Source of the DNA: Acidimicrobiaceae bacterium
Lineage (GTDB): Bacteria > Actinomycetota > Acidimicrobiia > Acidimicrobiales > Aldehydirespiratoraceae
Assembly (NCBI GenBank): GCA_009842325.1
Contig: VYFQ01000014.1
Coordinates: forward strand, 194,026-258,025
DNA length: 64,000 nucleotides
Reading direction: 5' to 3'
The translations under genes and the position numbers were made by a program. Below, piece after piece: positions 26,635 to 35,758 of the stretch. The notes under the pieces were generated by a model, which did no database searches, had not been told where the DNA came from, and saw only the letters and a list, made by a program, of their open reading frames with translations. The first letter of the stretch is position 1, and every line of letters starts with the position of its first letter.

Positions 26635-27182
26635 GAGTCCGACTCCTGGCGTGCGCTGTGATCGTTGCCCTTACGGTCGCGGCCTGCGGGGCCGATGACG
26701 TCGCGACCAATGCGGAACCAGCTTCCACGGGGACCGACGTCGCGGCTTCCGATGCCCCCGCCAACCCCTCGGGAGATGTGCCCGACCTCGAAATGGTCAG
26801 CGTGTACACGGGGGAGACCGTCAATCTCCAGTCGCTGGTGAGCGGCGAGACGCCGCTGCTGCTCTGGTTCTGGGCGCCTCATTGACCCACCTGCCGGAGA
26901 GAGGCTCCGGCCCTTGAGCAGTTCGCTCAAGACAACACCGGCAAGGTGACGGTCGTGGGGATAGGCGCCCAGGACGACTTCGCCTACGCCGAGCGATTCG
27001 TGTCCCAGACCGGAACCACCTTCCCCATGCTGTGGAGCGACTCCAACGAGAGTTGGCGCCACTTCGATGTCGGTAGGAACTCGAGCGTGCTGCTGCTCGA
27101 CAGCGGTGGCAACCTGGCCGACGACAGCCCCGGCAGCTTCGACGCAGCGAGCCTCAGCGACCAGCTTGCTGCCCTAACCTGA
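26631..27182 (+). CDS. Lipoprotein TlpA/ResA-like thiol:disulfide oxidoreductase with in-frame UGA (candidate selenocysteine, residue 85) in an H-U-P-T-C motif
   Basis: ATGA overlap with the upstream stop. Signal peptide with lipobox VAAC. LLWFWAPH-TGA(26883-26885)-PTCRREAPALEQF...VTVVGIGAQ...TFPMLWSD...VLLLDSGG continues in the same frame. Hairpin lies 7 nt after the TGA. Confidence 0.7.
26893..26911 (+). promoter_or_regulatory. Candidate bacterial SECIS hairpin 1
   Basis: GCCGGAG-AGAGG-CTCCGGC: 7 bp stem, G-containing loop, starting 7 nt 3' of the UGA. Confidence 0.55.
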
Positions 27183-27185
27183 GCG

Positions 27186-28385
27186 ATGAAGATGCCGCTC
27201 TCCACCCGAATTCTCGCAGTGTTCCTCGCCATCGCCCTGCCGGCCGCCGCCTGCGGCAGTGATGCCGACCCGAGTACCGGGGATCAAGGCATCAACGCCA
27301 GCGCCGAGGATCAGGCCGCTCTTGAGCAGGCCCATGCCGAGGCCGACGCGGCTGCGGCTGAGGCCGCCGAAGCCGCCGCCGCAGAGGCAGCGGCCCAGGC
27401 AGAAGCGGAAGCCGCCGCCCAGGCAGCCGCTGAAGCCGAAGCCGCCGCTCAAGCCGAGGCTGCCGCTCAAGCCGCGGCTCAAGCGGAGGCCGAAGCCGCG
27501 GCCGCCAAGGCGGCTGAGGCCGAACTCGCGCTGGCGGCTGCTGAAGCGGAGCCTGAGGGAACTGTGGACCCCGAAGTGGTCGACGAACTCGAGCAGCAGC
27601 TGGCGCAAGCCCAAGCCGAGGCCGAGGCAGCCGAGGCCGAGGCGGCCGCACAGGCAGCCGCCGCCGAGGCAGCCGCACAGGCAGCCGCCGCTGAGGCCGA
27701 AGCAGCCGCGGAAGCCGCAATCGCCGAGGCCGAAGCCCGAGCCATAGCCGCCGAGGCCGAGGCCCTAGCCGAAGCCGCGGAAGCCGAGGCAGCGGCCCAA
27801 ACTGCAGCCGCCGAGGCCGCAGCCCAAGCGGCAGCCGAGGCCACCACGACAGCCGCACCAACGACAACCGCCGCGCCCACAACCACCGCAGCCCCGACGA
27901 CAACTGCCGCGCCCACAACCACCGCAGCCCCGACCACGACAGCCGCACCGACGACCACCGCCGCGCCGGTCATCGAGATCGAGGTGCCGGCTCAGGACAT
28001 GATCGAAGTGCGCACGGGAGCGGCCGTCAACCTTCGCGACTTCGCGGACGGATCGACACCCCTGCTGCTCTGGTTCTGGGCCCCGCATTGACCGATCTGT
28101 CGGCGAGAGGCCTCGCCGGTCGGGCAGTTCGCCCGAGACAACGAAGGTAAAGTCATCGTCATAGGCGTGGGCGGCTCGGACACCCGCGCCGAGGCCGAGA
28201 GTTTTGTGGCCTCCGCCGGCGGTCCGGACAACATGCTCTGGGGCAGCTCCTTCGAGGCGTGGAACCACTATCGCGCCGGCAACCCCAACCTGATACTGCT
28301 CGACGCGACCGGTGCAACACAGATCGAGAAGGTCAGCCAATTCAACAAGAACCGCCTCCAGGACGCACTGGACAGCCTCGGCTAG
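27186..28385 (+). CDS. Second lipoprotein TlpA-like oxidoreductase paralog with in-frame UGA (candidate Sec, residue 302) in H-U-P-I-C, preceded by a long low-complexity linker
   Basis: Lipobox AAAC. Roughly 200 aa Ala/Glu/Gln-rich stretch, then 7 x TTTAAP. LLWFWAPH-TGA(28089-28091)-PICRREASPVGQF...VIVIGVGG...LILLDATG continues in frame to 28385. Confidence 0.7.
27843..27968. repeat. 18 bp tandem repeat x 7 encoding (TTTAAP)7
   Basis: The direct translation gives seven consecutive TTTAAP units. The copies differ at synonymous positions. Confidence 0.85.
28101..28118 (+). promoter_or_regulatory. Candidate bacterial SECIS hairpin 2
   Basis: CGGCGAG-AGGC-CTCGCCG: 7 bp stem starting 9 nt 3' of the UGA. 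The stem sequence differs from hairpin 1 but pairing is preserved. Confidence 0.55.
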
Positions 28386-28388
28386 ACA

Positions 28389-28431
28389 ATTCACCCGCCG
28401 TTTACCGGCATTCACTCCGGGTTTACGGTGG
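28389..28431 (+). promoter_or_regulatory. Candidate PHO box (four direct repeat units at ~11 nt phasing) upstream of pstS
   Basis: ATTCACC (28389), GTTTACC (28400), ATTCACT (28410), GTTTACG (28421). Resembles the actinobacterial PhoP GTTCACC direct-repeat operator. Confidence 0.45.
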
Positions 28432-28525
28432 CCGAAGCCTTCTGAAACCTTGCCTCGCGTAGCTTGCCTGCGGCTCGCGATTGGCGCGGGCTTGCCATGC
28501 GATTCCCCGAGGGAGGGACAACCAG

Positions 28526-29506
28526 GTGGGCAACCCAAGGCGCCAGCTCCTCTGGCTGCCGGTGATTCTCGTGAGCTTCTCGCTCGTGGCCGCAGCGTGC
28601 GGCGGGGACGACGAGGACGCGAATGAAGCCACGACGGGCGCGGTAAACATCTCGGGCTCGTCCACAGTGGAGCCGATCTCGATCCGGGTGGCAGAGCTGT
28701 TCGAGGACGTGGCGCCGGACATTTCCGTCACCGTGGACGGTCCCGGCACCGGTGACGGCTTCAAGCTGTTCTGCGAGGGCGAGACCGACATCTCCGACGC
28801 CTCCCGCCAGATCAAGGCCGCCGAGAAGGAAGACTGCCTCGCCAACGGCATCAACAACATCGTCGAACTCAAGGTGGGCGTGGACGGCATCGCCGTGATG
28901 ACCAGCGAAGACAACGACGCCGTCGAGTGCCTGACCTTCGACCAACTGTTCGACCTCATCGGCCCCAACGGCGAGGGCACCGCCACATGGGCCGAGGCCT
29001 CACCCGGGCTACCCGACGCCCCGCTGGACATATTCGGCCCGGGCGAGGAATCCGGAACCTTCGACTCCTTCATCGAGATCGTCCTCGAGGACCTCGCGGA
29101 GCAAGCCGGCGTCGAAGCCACCACCCGCACCGACTACATCCCCTCCGGCGATGACAACGTCATCCTTCAGGGCATCCAGTCCAGCGACACCAGCCTGGGC
29201 TGGGTCGGCTTCGCTTTCGCCGTCAACTCCACCGGCGCGAAGCTGCTTGAGGTCGACGGCGGGAACGGCTGCGTCAGCCCCACAGACGAGACCATCGCCT
29301 CCAACGAGTACCCCATCAGCCGAGACCTGTGGATCTACGTCAACGCGGACAAGGCCGCCGCCAACGACGCCATCGTCGCCTACCTGGACTTCTACGTCTC
29401 AGAGGCCCTGTCGGCCGCAGTCAGCGACGTCGGCTACGTACCCCTGAACGAAGCGGCCCGCGCCGAGACCGCCGAGCGCTGGCACAGCCGCACAACCATC
29501 GGTTGA
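28526..29506 (+). CDS. pstS: Phosphate ABC transporter substrate-binding lipoprotein
   Basis: GGGAGGG Shine-Dalgarno before GTG 28526. Lipobox VAAC. ISGSSTVEPI...VDGPGTGDGF. The alternative ATG at 28481 is less likely. Confidence 0.8.
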   Translation: MGNPRRQLLWLPVILVSFSLVAAACGGDDEDANEATTGAVNISGSSTVEPISIRVAELFEDVAPDISVTVDGPGTGDGFKLFCEGETDISDASRQIKAAEKEDCLANGINNIVELKVGVDGIAVMTSEDNDAVECLTFDQLFDLIGPNGEGTATWAEASPGLPDAPLDIFGPGEESGTFDSFIEIVLEDLAEQAGVEATTRTDYIPSGDDNVILQGIQSSDTSLGWVGFAFAVNSTGAKLLEVDGGNGCVSPTDETIASNEYPISRDLWIYVNADKAAANDAIVAYLDFYVSEALSAAVSDVGYVPLNEAARAETAERWHSRTTIG

Positions 29507-29559
29507 CGGCCGGTGCCGAACGCTCAGACTCCCACCGGTCAGCGGAGTAGCTTCCCGCG

Positions 29560-30711
29560 GTGACCGACGCGAGCGTCGCCCAGCCCATGGCGCTGACGGC
29601 TGAGAACCTGCAGATCGCGTCTACCCGTCGACGCCGCGAGGTGATCGTCCGGTACTGCCTCCTGATGGCCGCGCTGGGGACGGTGGTGGTGAGCGCCCTC
29701 ATCGTGTGGAGCCTGGTCTCGGAGGCCTGGACGTTCATCACCGGCGTGGCGTGGGCGGACACCTGGGGACAGCTGGGCTGGTTCCCGAGAAGGGGGCTCT
29801 ACGACATCCCCACCATCGTCATCGCCTCCATCATTGTCACCGCAATCGCCATGCTGGTCGCCGGGCCGCTGGGTCTCGGCGCGGCGGTGTACCTGTCGGA
29901 GTACGCCAACCGCAGGGTCCGAGCCTGGCTCAAGCCCGCTCTGGAGATCCTGGCCGGGATCCCGTCGGTGGTCCTGGGCTTCTTCGCCCTCACCTGGATC
30001 GCCCCCAATCTGGTGGGACGCATCGGCAAGAACACGTTCCTGGTGGTCGGCGTGGTGATCCTGATCGGGTACGCGGTGATCGCGGCCGGCGTCGCCCGCA
30101 ACCGGATCAAGCACTACCGCGCGAGCGGTGCCGAGCCTTCGTCGCTGATCGTCGCGATCGGGGCCATCGCCGCGCTCGTCGCCATCTTCGCGCTGGTGGG
30201 TGCCTGGTTGTTGAACGTGTGGCTCGAGTTCGCCCCGGCCCGGGCCGGTTCACTGGCCGCGGCCGGCATCGGGGTGGGCGTGCTCACCATCCCTCTCGTC
30301 GCCTCCATCTCCGAGGACGCCATGGCCGCGGTGCCCGACTCCTTGCGACAGGCGTCCGCCGGCCTCGGCGCGCGCCGGATGACCACAGCCACGACGGTGG
30401 TGCTTCCTGCCGCCATCTCCGGCATCGTGGCTGCCTTCATCGTGGCTGTCTCGCGGGCCATCGGTGAGACGATGGTGGTCTTCCTGGCCGGAGGGGCGGC
30501 CGACGCGGCCCGGTTCACGGACTCGCCGTTCGAGGGCAGCCTGACCATGACGGCGGCCATGGCGTCACTGGCGTCGGGCACCGACAGCGTGGTGGGAGAG
30601 GGACTCACATTCCAGAGCCTGTACTTCGTGGGACTGATGCTGTTCGGAATCACGCTCGGCTTGAACGTCGTCGCGGCCCGATTCGTGGCCCGTGTGCGCG
30701 AGGCGTACTAG
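29560..30711 (+). CDS. pstC: Phosphate ABC transporter permease
   Basis: Polytopic. Permease EAA-type region SEDAMAAVPDSLRQASAGLGARR. Position in the pst operon. Confidence 0.85.
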   Translation: MTDASVAQPMALTAENLQIASTRRRREVIVRYCLLMAALGTVVVSALIVWSLVSEAWTFITGVAWADTWGQLGWFPRRGLYDIPTIVIASIIVTAIAMLVAGPLGLGAAVYLSEYANRRVRAWLKPALEILAGIPSVVLGFFALTWIAPNLVGRIGKNTFLVVGVVILIGYAVIAAGVARNRIKHYRASGAEPSSLIVAIGAIAALVAIFALVGAWLLNVWLEFAPARAGSLAAAGIGVGVLTIPLVASISEDAMAAVPDSLRQASAGLGARRMTTATTVVLPAAISGIVAAFIVAVSRAIGETMVVFLAGGAADAARFTDSPFEGSLTMTAAMASLASGTDSVVGEGLTFQSLYFVGLMLFGITLGLNVVAARFVARVREAY

Positions 30712-30724
30712 AGGCGGTGACACG

Positions 30725-31687
30725 ATGATGAGCCGCCTCTCCGATGACAGGTCCCGAGCCGCCATCGCCGCGTCGATCGAGAAGCGCCGTGTCGACACCC
30801 GGGGCCTGCTGTTCCGCACGCTGCTGCAAGCCTGCCTGCTGGTGACCCTGGCGCTGCTGGCGGTGCTGATCATCAGTGTCGTCACCAACAGCACCGACCA
30901 GCTCGGCACCCGGCTGGGAGACTTTCTCAGCGGCACCCTGCGCTCGCAGTCCGGCGACGACCGCCTCGGCGTCCATCAGGGAATCTACGGGTCGCTGTGG
31001 ATTGCGGTGATCGTGGCGGTGCTCGCCTTCCCCGTCGGCATCGGTGCGGCCGTCTATCTCGAGGAGTACGCGCCGCGGAACCGGTTCACAGAATTCGTCG
31101 AGGTCAATATCCGCAACCTGGCCGGAGTACCGTCGGTGGTGTACGGATTGCTCGGCCTCGCCTTGCTCGTCAAGGGGAACCTGTTCGGCCTCGACCGGCT
31201 CACCGGCGGCTCCTCCACTGTGTCGGCCGGAATCACCCTGGCCATTCTGGCCCTGCCCATCGTGGTGATCACCGCCGGTGAGGCTGTGCGGGCCGTGCCC
31301 GTCGAGCTGCGCGAAGGCGCCTACGGCGTGGGTGCGACCAAATGGGAGATGATCCGCACCCAAGTGCTCCCCTACGCCGCTCCCGGCATCCTCACCGGCA
31401 CGCTGCTGTCGATGGCCCGGGCGGTGGGAGAGGCCGCTCCGCTGATACTGGTCGGCGCGATCTCGGGCCGCCTCGGCAACGACCCCGGGCTGTTCGACCT
31501 GAGCGCGCTGACCGACCAGTTCACCGCGCTGCCGATCGTGATCACGACCTGGACCGTGCAGTCGGGCCGCGACGTCGGCTTTACTGCGGCCGCGGCAAGT
31601 GCCATTGTCGTACTGCTCGTGTTCGTGCTCCTGATGAACTCCGCAGCCATCGGACTACGGAACCGATTCGAGAAGAAGCGAGGCTGA
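30725..31687 (+). CDS. pstA: Phosphate ABC transporter permease
   Basis: [26 protein letters not shown]. Operon position. Start at ATG 30725, after the pstC stop. Confidence 0.85.
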   Translation: MMSRLSDDRSRAAIAASIEKRRVDTRGLLFRTLLQACLLVTLALLAVLIISVVTNSTDQLGTRLGDFLSGTLRSQSGDDRLGVHQGIYGSLWIAVIVAVLAFPVGIGAAVYLEEYAPRNRFTEFVEVNIRNLAGVPSVVYGLLGLALLVKGNLFGLDRLTGGSSTVSAGITLAILALPIVVITAGEAVRAVPVELREGAYGVGATKWEMIRTQVLPYAAPGILTGTLLSMARAVGEAAPLILVGAISGRLGNDPGLFDLSALTDQFTALPIVITTWTVQSGRDVGFTAAAASAIVVLLVFVLLMNSAAIGLRNRFEKKRG

Positions 31688-31694
31688 TCGAAGG

Positions 31695-32597
31695 ATGTCG
31701 GACGGCACCGAGACTGCCATCGAGCATTCGGCCATCGAACGCCCGGCCATCGAGCGTTCAGCCACCGGCGACAATGACGCCGGCCCGGCCGAGACCATGC
31801 CGTCGCTGGCGACAGAACGCGACATGGTGTTCCGCTCGCGGGATGTCAACGTGTACTACGGCAGCTTTCGTGCGGTGCGCGATGTCTCCTTCGATGTCTA
31901 CAAGAACGAGATCATGGCCCTCATCGGGCCCTCGGGCTGCGGCAAGACCACCGTGCTGAGGTGCTACAACCGCATGAACGACCTCATCAGAGACGCCCGA
32001 GTCACCGGCACCATCACCTACCGCGGGGTGGACCTCTACGACGAGAGAGTCGACGCGGTCGAGGTTCGGCGCCGCATCGGCATGGTGTTCCAGAAGCCCA
32101 ACCCCTTCCCCAAGTCGATCTACGACAACGTCGCCTACGGTCCGCGAGTCGCCGGCCAGAAGAAGGGCCTCGACGACATTGTCGAGAACTCGCTGCGCAA
32201 AGCGGCCCTGTGGGAGGAGGTGAGCGACCGCCTCAACGACTCCGCGCTCGGACTGTCGGGAGGCCAGCAGCAGAGGCTGTGCATCGCCCGGGCCATCGCC
32301 GTCGACCCCGACGTGCTGCTGATGGACGAGCCGTGCTCGGCGCTCGACCCCATTGCCACGGCCCGCATCGAGGACTTGATGCAGGAGATCAAGCAGGACT
32401 ACACCATCATGATCGTGACCCACAACATGCAGCAGGCGGCAAGGGTGAGCGATACAACCGCCTTCTTCACCTCCGACATTCACTCCGAGCGCGACACTCG
32501 CACCGGCATCCTGGTGGAGGTGGACACCACCCAGAAGATCTTCTCCAACCCCTCCGACGAGCGGACGGAGAACTACGTGACCGGCCGGTTCGGTTGA
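31695..32597 (+). CDS. pstB: Phosphate ABC transporter ATP-binding protein
   Basis: [35 protein letters not shown]. Confidence 0.9.
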   Translation: MSDGTETAIEHSAIERPAIERSATGDNDAGPAETMPSLATERDMVFRSRDVNVYYGSFRAVRDVSFDVYKNEIMALIGPSGCGKTTVLRCYNRMNDLIRDARVTGTITYRGVDLYDERVDAVEVRRRIGMVFQKPNPFPKSIYDNVAYGPRVAGQKKGLDDIVENSLRKAALWEEVSDRLNDSALGLSGGQQQRLCIARAIAVDPDVLLMDEPCSALDPIATARIEDLMQEIKQDYTIMIVTHNMQQAARVSDTTAFFTSDIHSERDTRTGILVEVDTTQKIFSNPSDERTENYVTGRFG

Positions 32598-32610
32598 GAG
32601 TGGGACGAGC

Positions 32611-33372
32611 ATGACCGAACAGACCCGCAAGGGGTTCCACGCCGAGATTGACGAGATCAGCGACCTGATAGTCCAGCTCGCCGCCCGGGCCAGCGACGCG
32701 GTGGCCCGGGCCACCGACGCCTTGTTGAAGTACGACCTGGCCGAGGCTCAGCAGATCATCGACGACGACGACTACATCGACGTGGCCGCCATCGAGGTCG
32801 AGGAGAGGTGCCAGAGCCTGCTGGCCCTGCAACAGCCCATGGCCGGCGACCTCCGCCAGATACTGGCTGCCATGTGGATCACGGGCGAGCTCGAGCGGAC
32901 CGGCGGCCTGGCCTGCAACATCTGCAAGGGCGCCCGCCGGATGTTCCGCACCGAGCTGCCTCCCAGACTGCGCGGCCTCATCGCGGAAATGAACGAGGAG
33001 GCGATCCGGCTGATCCGCTTGTCGGTGGACTCCTACTCCGAGCACGACGCAGCCTTGGCCAGCGCCCTTCACGACATCGACGACCGGCTCGACAGCCTGC
33101 ACCGGACCTTCGTCAAGACCCTCCTGGAGTCCAGCCGCACGCACGATCTCGACGTTCAGCCGTCGATGCAGCTGGCCCTCATAGCCCGCTACTACGAGCG
33201 CATCGGCGACCACGCCGTGAACATCAGCGACCGGGTCCGCTACATGGTCTCCGGGGTCATGCCATGGCGGGCCGGGTTGGCTCGACACCGGGTCAGGGAC
33301 GAACCGAGAAAGCATGAGCTGGCCGCCGACTCGGCGGAGATGTCCTCCAACGGCGACGACAAGGCCGACTAG
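32611..33372 (+). CDS. phoU: Phosphate signalling/transport regulator PhoU
   Basis: Two PhoU repeats (E..D..ID, ARYYERIGDHAVNI). Confidence 0.85.
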   Translation: MTEQTRKGFHAEIDEISDLIVQLAARASDAVARATDALLKYDLAEAQQIIDDDDYIDVAAIEVEERCQSLLALQQPMAGDLRQILAAMWITGELERTGGLACNICKGARRMFRTELPPRLRGLIAEMNEEAIRLIRLSVDSYSEHDAALASALHDIDDRLDSLHRTFVKTLLESSRTHDLDVQPSMQLALIARYYERIGDHAVNISDRVRYMVSGVMPWRAGLARHRVRDEPRKHELAADSAEMSSNGDDKAD

Positions 33373-33384
33373 AATCGAATACCG

Positions 33385-34614
33385 ATGACCTCGCTCATCA
33401 TCGGAGTGCTCCTGGTGGTGGGCGGCGCGATGGTGGGCATCGCCCTGGACCGGTCTCTTCTGCGACGCTGGATCAGGAACCGTGACCCCCGGCGGCACCA
33501 TCCGGCTCCCGAGACTCGGGCAGCCAGCAGCCGGCGGCGCTCAGCCCGCCACGCGATCGAGGACGCCGAGAGGCGTGTGGAGTCGGCCGAGGCGGGCCAA
33601 TTGTCGGCTGAGACCGCAGCCAGCAGGGTGGAGGCGAGCCTCGACGCCCTGCAGGCAGGGCTCGTGCTGTGCGACCGCAACGGTCGGGTGGTGGCGCAGA
33701 ACACCGCCGCGACGCAGTTCCTGCAAGCGCGCCACGGCGAGGCCCTCGTGGCCCCGGTGATCAAGGACCTGCTCGAGCAGGCCCGCTCCGGCGAGCTGGT
33801 CACGACCAGGGTCGAGCTCCACGCCGAGCCGCGCCGCAGCTACGAGGTCAGGGCCGGGCCGGTAGAACGCGGGGGCGAGATGCTGGGCGCGGTCGCACTG
33901 GTGCACGACATCACCGAGCACGACCGCATCGAGTCGGTGAGGAGGGACTTCGTGGCCAACGTCAGCCACGAACTGAAGACTCCCATCGGTGCTCTGAGCC
34001 TGCTGGCGGACTCGCTGGCGGCGGACTCGGACCCGGAGGTGGCCGCCCACCTCGCGGGCCGGATGCAGATCGAGATCCAGCGTGTGGCCAACACCATCGA
34101 CGACCTGCTGACCTTGGCCATGCTGGAGGACGAGAGCGGCCGCCCCGGCGCGCGGGTCGACGTCGGTGCGGTTGTGGCCGCGGCCGTTGACCGGATCTCC
34201 GAGACGGCCGAGCAGAACGACGTCAAGGTGGTCCTCTCGAATAGGACCGCCGCCACTGCGATTCGAGGATCGCGGCTGCATCTCGAGTCAGCGGTGTTCA
34301 ACCTGCTCGACAACGCGGTCAAGTTCAGCGAGTCCGGCGGTCGGGTCGACGTGGTCGTCGAAGCCGACCAGCAGGCTCTGACCGTCTCGGTGACGGACGA
34401 GGGGATCGGCATCCCGGCGACGGAGCAGTCCCGGATCTTCGAGCGCTTCTACCGCGTCGACCGGGCCCGGAGCCGCAGCACCGGGGGCACGGGGCTGGGG
34501 CTGGCGATCGTGCGTCATGTGGCCCTGAACCACGGCGGCGACGTAAGCGTGACCTCGCGGGAGGGCTTCGGAGCGAAGTTCACCGTCACCCTGCCCCTCG
34601 ACAGCGGCGACTGA
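33385..34614 (+). CDS. Sensor histidine kinase (PhoR/SenX3-like)
   Basis: H-box FVANVSHELKTPI, N-box LLDNAVKFS, G-boxes DEGIGIP and GGTGLGLAIV. No response regulator gene is adjacent in the window. Confidence 0.85.
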   Translation: MTSLIIGVLLVVGGAMVGIALDRSLLRRWIRNRDPRRHHPAPETRAASSRRRSARHAIEDAERRVESAEAGQLSAETAASRVEASLDALQAGLVLCDRNGRVVAQNTAATQFLQARHGEALVAPVIKDLLEQARSGELVTTRVELHAEPRRSYEVRAGPVERGGEMLGAVALVHDITEHDRIESVRRDFVANVSHELKTPIGALSLLADSLAADSDPEVAAHLAGRMQIEIQRVANTIDDLLTLAMLEDESGRPGARVDVGAVVAAAVDRISETAEQNDVKVVLSNRTAATAIRGSRLHLESAVFNLLDNAVKFSESGGRVDVVVEADQQALTVSVTDEGIGIPATEQSRIFERFYRVDRARSRSTGGTGLGLAIVRHVALNHGGDVSVTSREGFGAKFTVTLPLDSGD

Positions 34615-34624
34615 CCGCTCGCCG

Positions 34625-35428
34625 CTAGAGGCTGGCGTTCCGGTCGCCGGCGCCAGCAGCCGAAGCCAGAAGCGACTGGCGCTGGCGCTCGAGCCAGCCG
34701 AGCAGCACGGCGACGGCCCGCGGGTCGTGGCGCAGGTGGTGGGCGGCTCCGCCGATGACGCGCAGATCGGCACCGGGATGGGCATCGGCCAGGACCCGGG
34801 CGTCGAATACCGGGACGGTCTCGTCGTCGCTGCCGTGGAGCACCAGCAGGGACCGGTCTGCGAGCGATTCCGCGGCCTCCACGGCTCGCACGGACTTGAT
34901 CTCCGCGGCCCACCGGTCGAACCGCTGAGGGAACTCTGGATCGCGTATCACGCCCACCTCGCGGGCCCACACCAGCAGCTTGCGAGGGTTGCGGGCCCAG
35001 TCCTCGAAATCGGCCGGCGCGGCCACTGCGGCCACGCCCCGCACCCGGTCGTCGCGGCTGGCCACCACCACCGCCAGCGCGCCCCCGGTTCCGAAGCCGA
35101 TCAGCCATACGCCGGCGCATGGCACCTCCGATGTCAGGAAGTCGACCGCCCCGACGAGGTCGCGCCGCCAGCCGTCGAGCGAGAAATCGCCGGCGGAACC
35201 GGCCACTCCCCTCGATGCGTAGGTGAGAGCGGCGAAGCCGGTCTCGGCTGCGATCAGGTCGGCGAGGGCGGGCATGGTCATGGTGGAGTTGATGCCCCCA
35301 CCGGGCTCGGTCGGGAAGCCGTGGACGATGACCACCGCCGGTTGCACCGACGGCGCCCGGGCGGGCCGGGCGAGATGGGCCGTCAACTCGTTCGAGTCGA
35401 CGGTGAACCGGCTGTCCATCGGGCTCAC
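34625..35428 (-). CDS. Alpha/beta-fold hydrolase
   Basis: VVIVHGFP..., nucleophile elbow GFGTGG, C-terminal GAAHHL. Confidence 0.65.
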   Translation of the reverse strand: MSPMDSRFTVDSNELTAHLARPARAPSVQPAVVIVHGFPTEPGGGINSTMTMPALADLIAAETGFAALTYASRGVAGSAGDFSLDGWRRDLVGAVDFLTSEVPCAGVWLIGFGTGGALAVVVASRDDRVRGVAAVAAPADFEDWARNPRKLLVWAREVGVIRDPEFPQRFDRWAAEIKSVRAVEAAESLADRSLLVLHGSDDETVPVFDARVLADAHPGADLRVIGGAAHHLRHDPRAVAVLLGWLERQRQSLLASAAGAGDRNASL

Positions 35429-35452
35429 CGTATCGGCGTGGACGGACGCGCA

Positions 35453-35480
35453 GTGGGGCGGGTCCGAGGACCCGCCCCAC
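35453..35480. other. Perfect 12 bp GC-rich stem with a tetraloop, in a long intergenic region
   Basis: GTGGGGCGGGTC-CGAG-GACCCGCCCCAC. No clear U-tract on the minus strand; a weak T-rich tail on the plus strand. Confidence 0.6.
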
Positions 35481-35758
35481 TAGTCGTTTCTGCCGGAAAT
35501 CCCGGTCGAGCCATGTGGTACCGCGGCTACAAGTAGCCGCTCATGCCGCGCCGGATGTGACAAGGTCCGGCGACTCGGTTCCGGGGGTGGAGCTGGCGGG
35601 AATTCGCCAGTCGGTCCAGCTTGCCGTAGCTAGCGGCCAGCCACCTCCAAGGTCACAAAGCATAAAGCACTCAGTTGGACCACCTCCTTTCCTTGGTGAC
35701 ACCAGTCAACCACAATCCGGCCCCCAAGCCAAGCATCGAGCGGGTAGGAGTTCAGCGG

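Noticed and set aside
27292-27973. Antisense and off-frame ORFs (162-218 aa) over the Ala/Glu-rich region
   Set aside because: Artefacts of a compositionally biased repeat; every frame is open there.
26883-28091. Reading the two TGA codons in the TlpA-like genes as genuine stops or pseudogenising mutations
   Set aside because: Both paralogs have the TGA at the same catalytic-Cys codon. Both keep long, family-typical in-frame continuations, and both have downstream hairpins whose pairing is preserved despite sequence change. Independent decay would not produce this. It stays formally possible until Sec machinery is confirmed.
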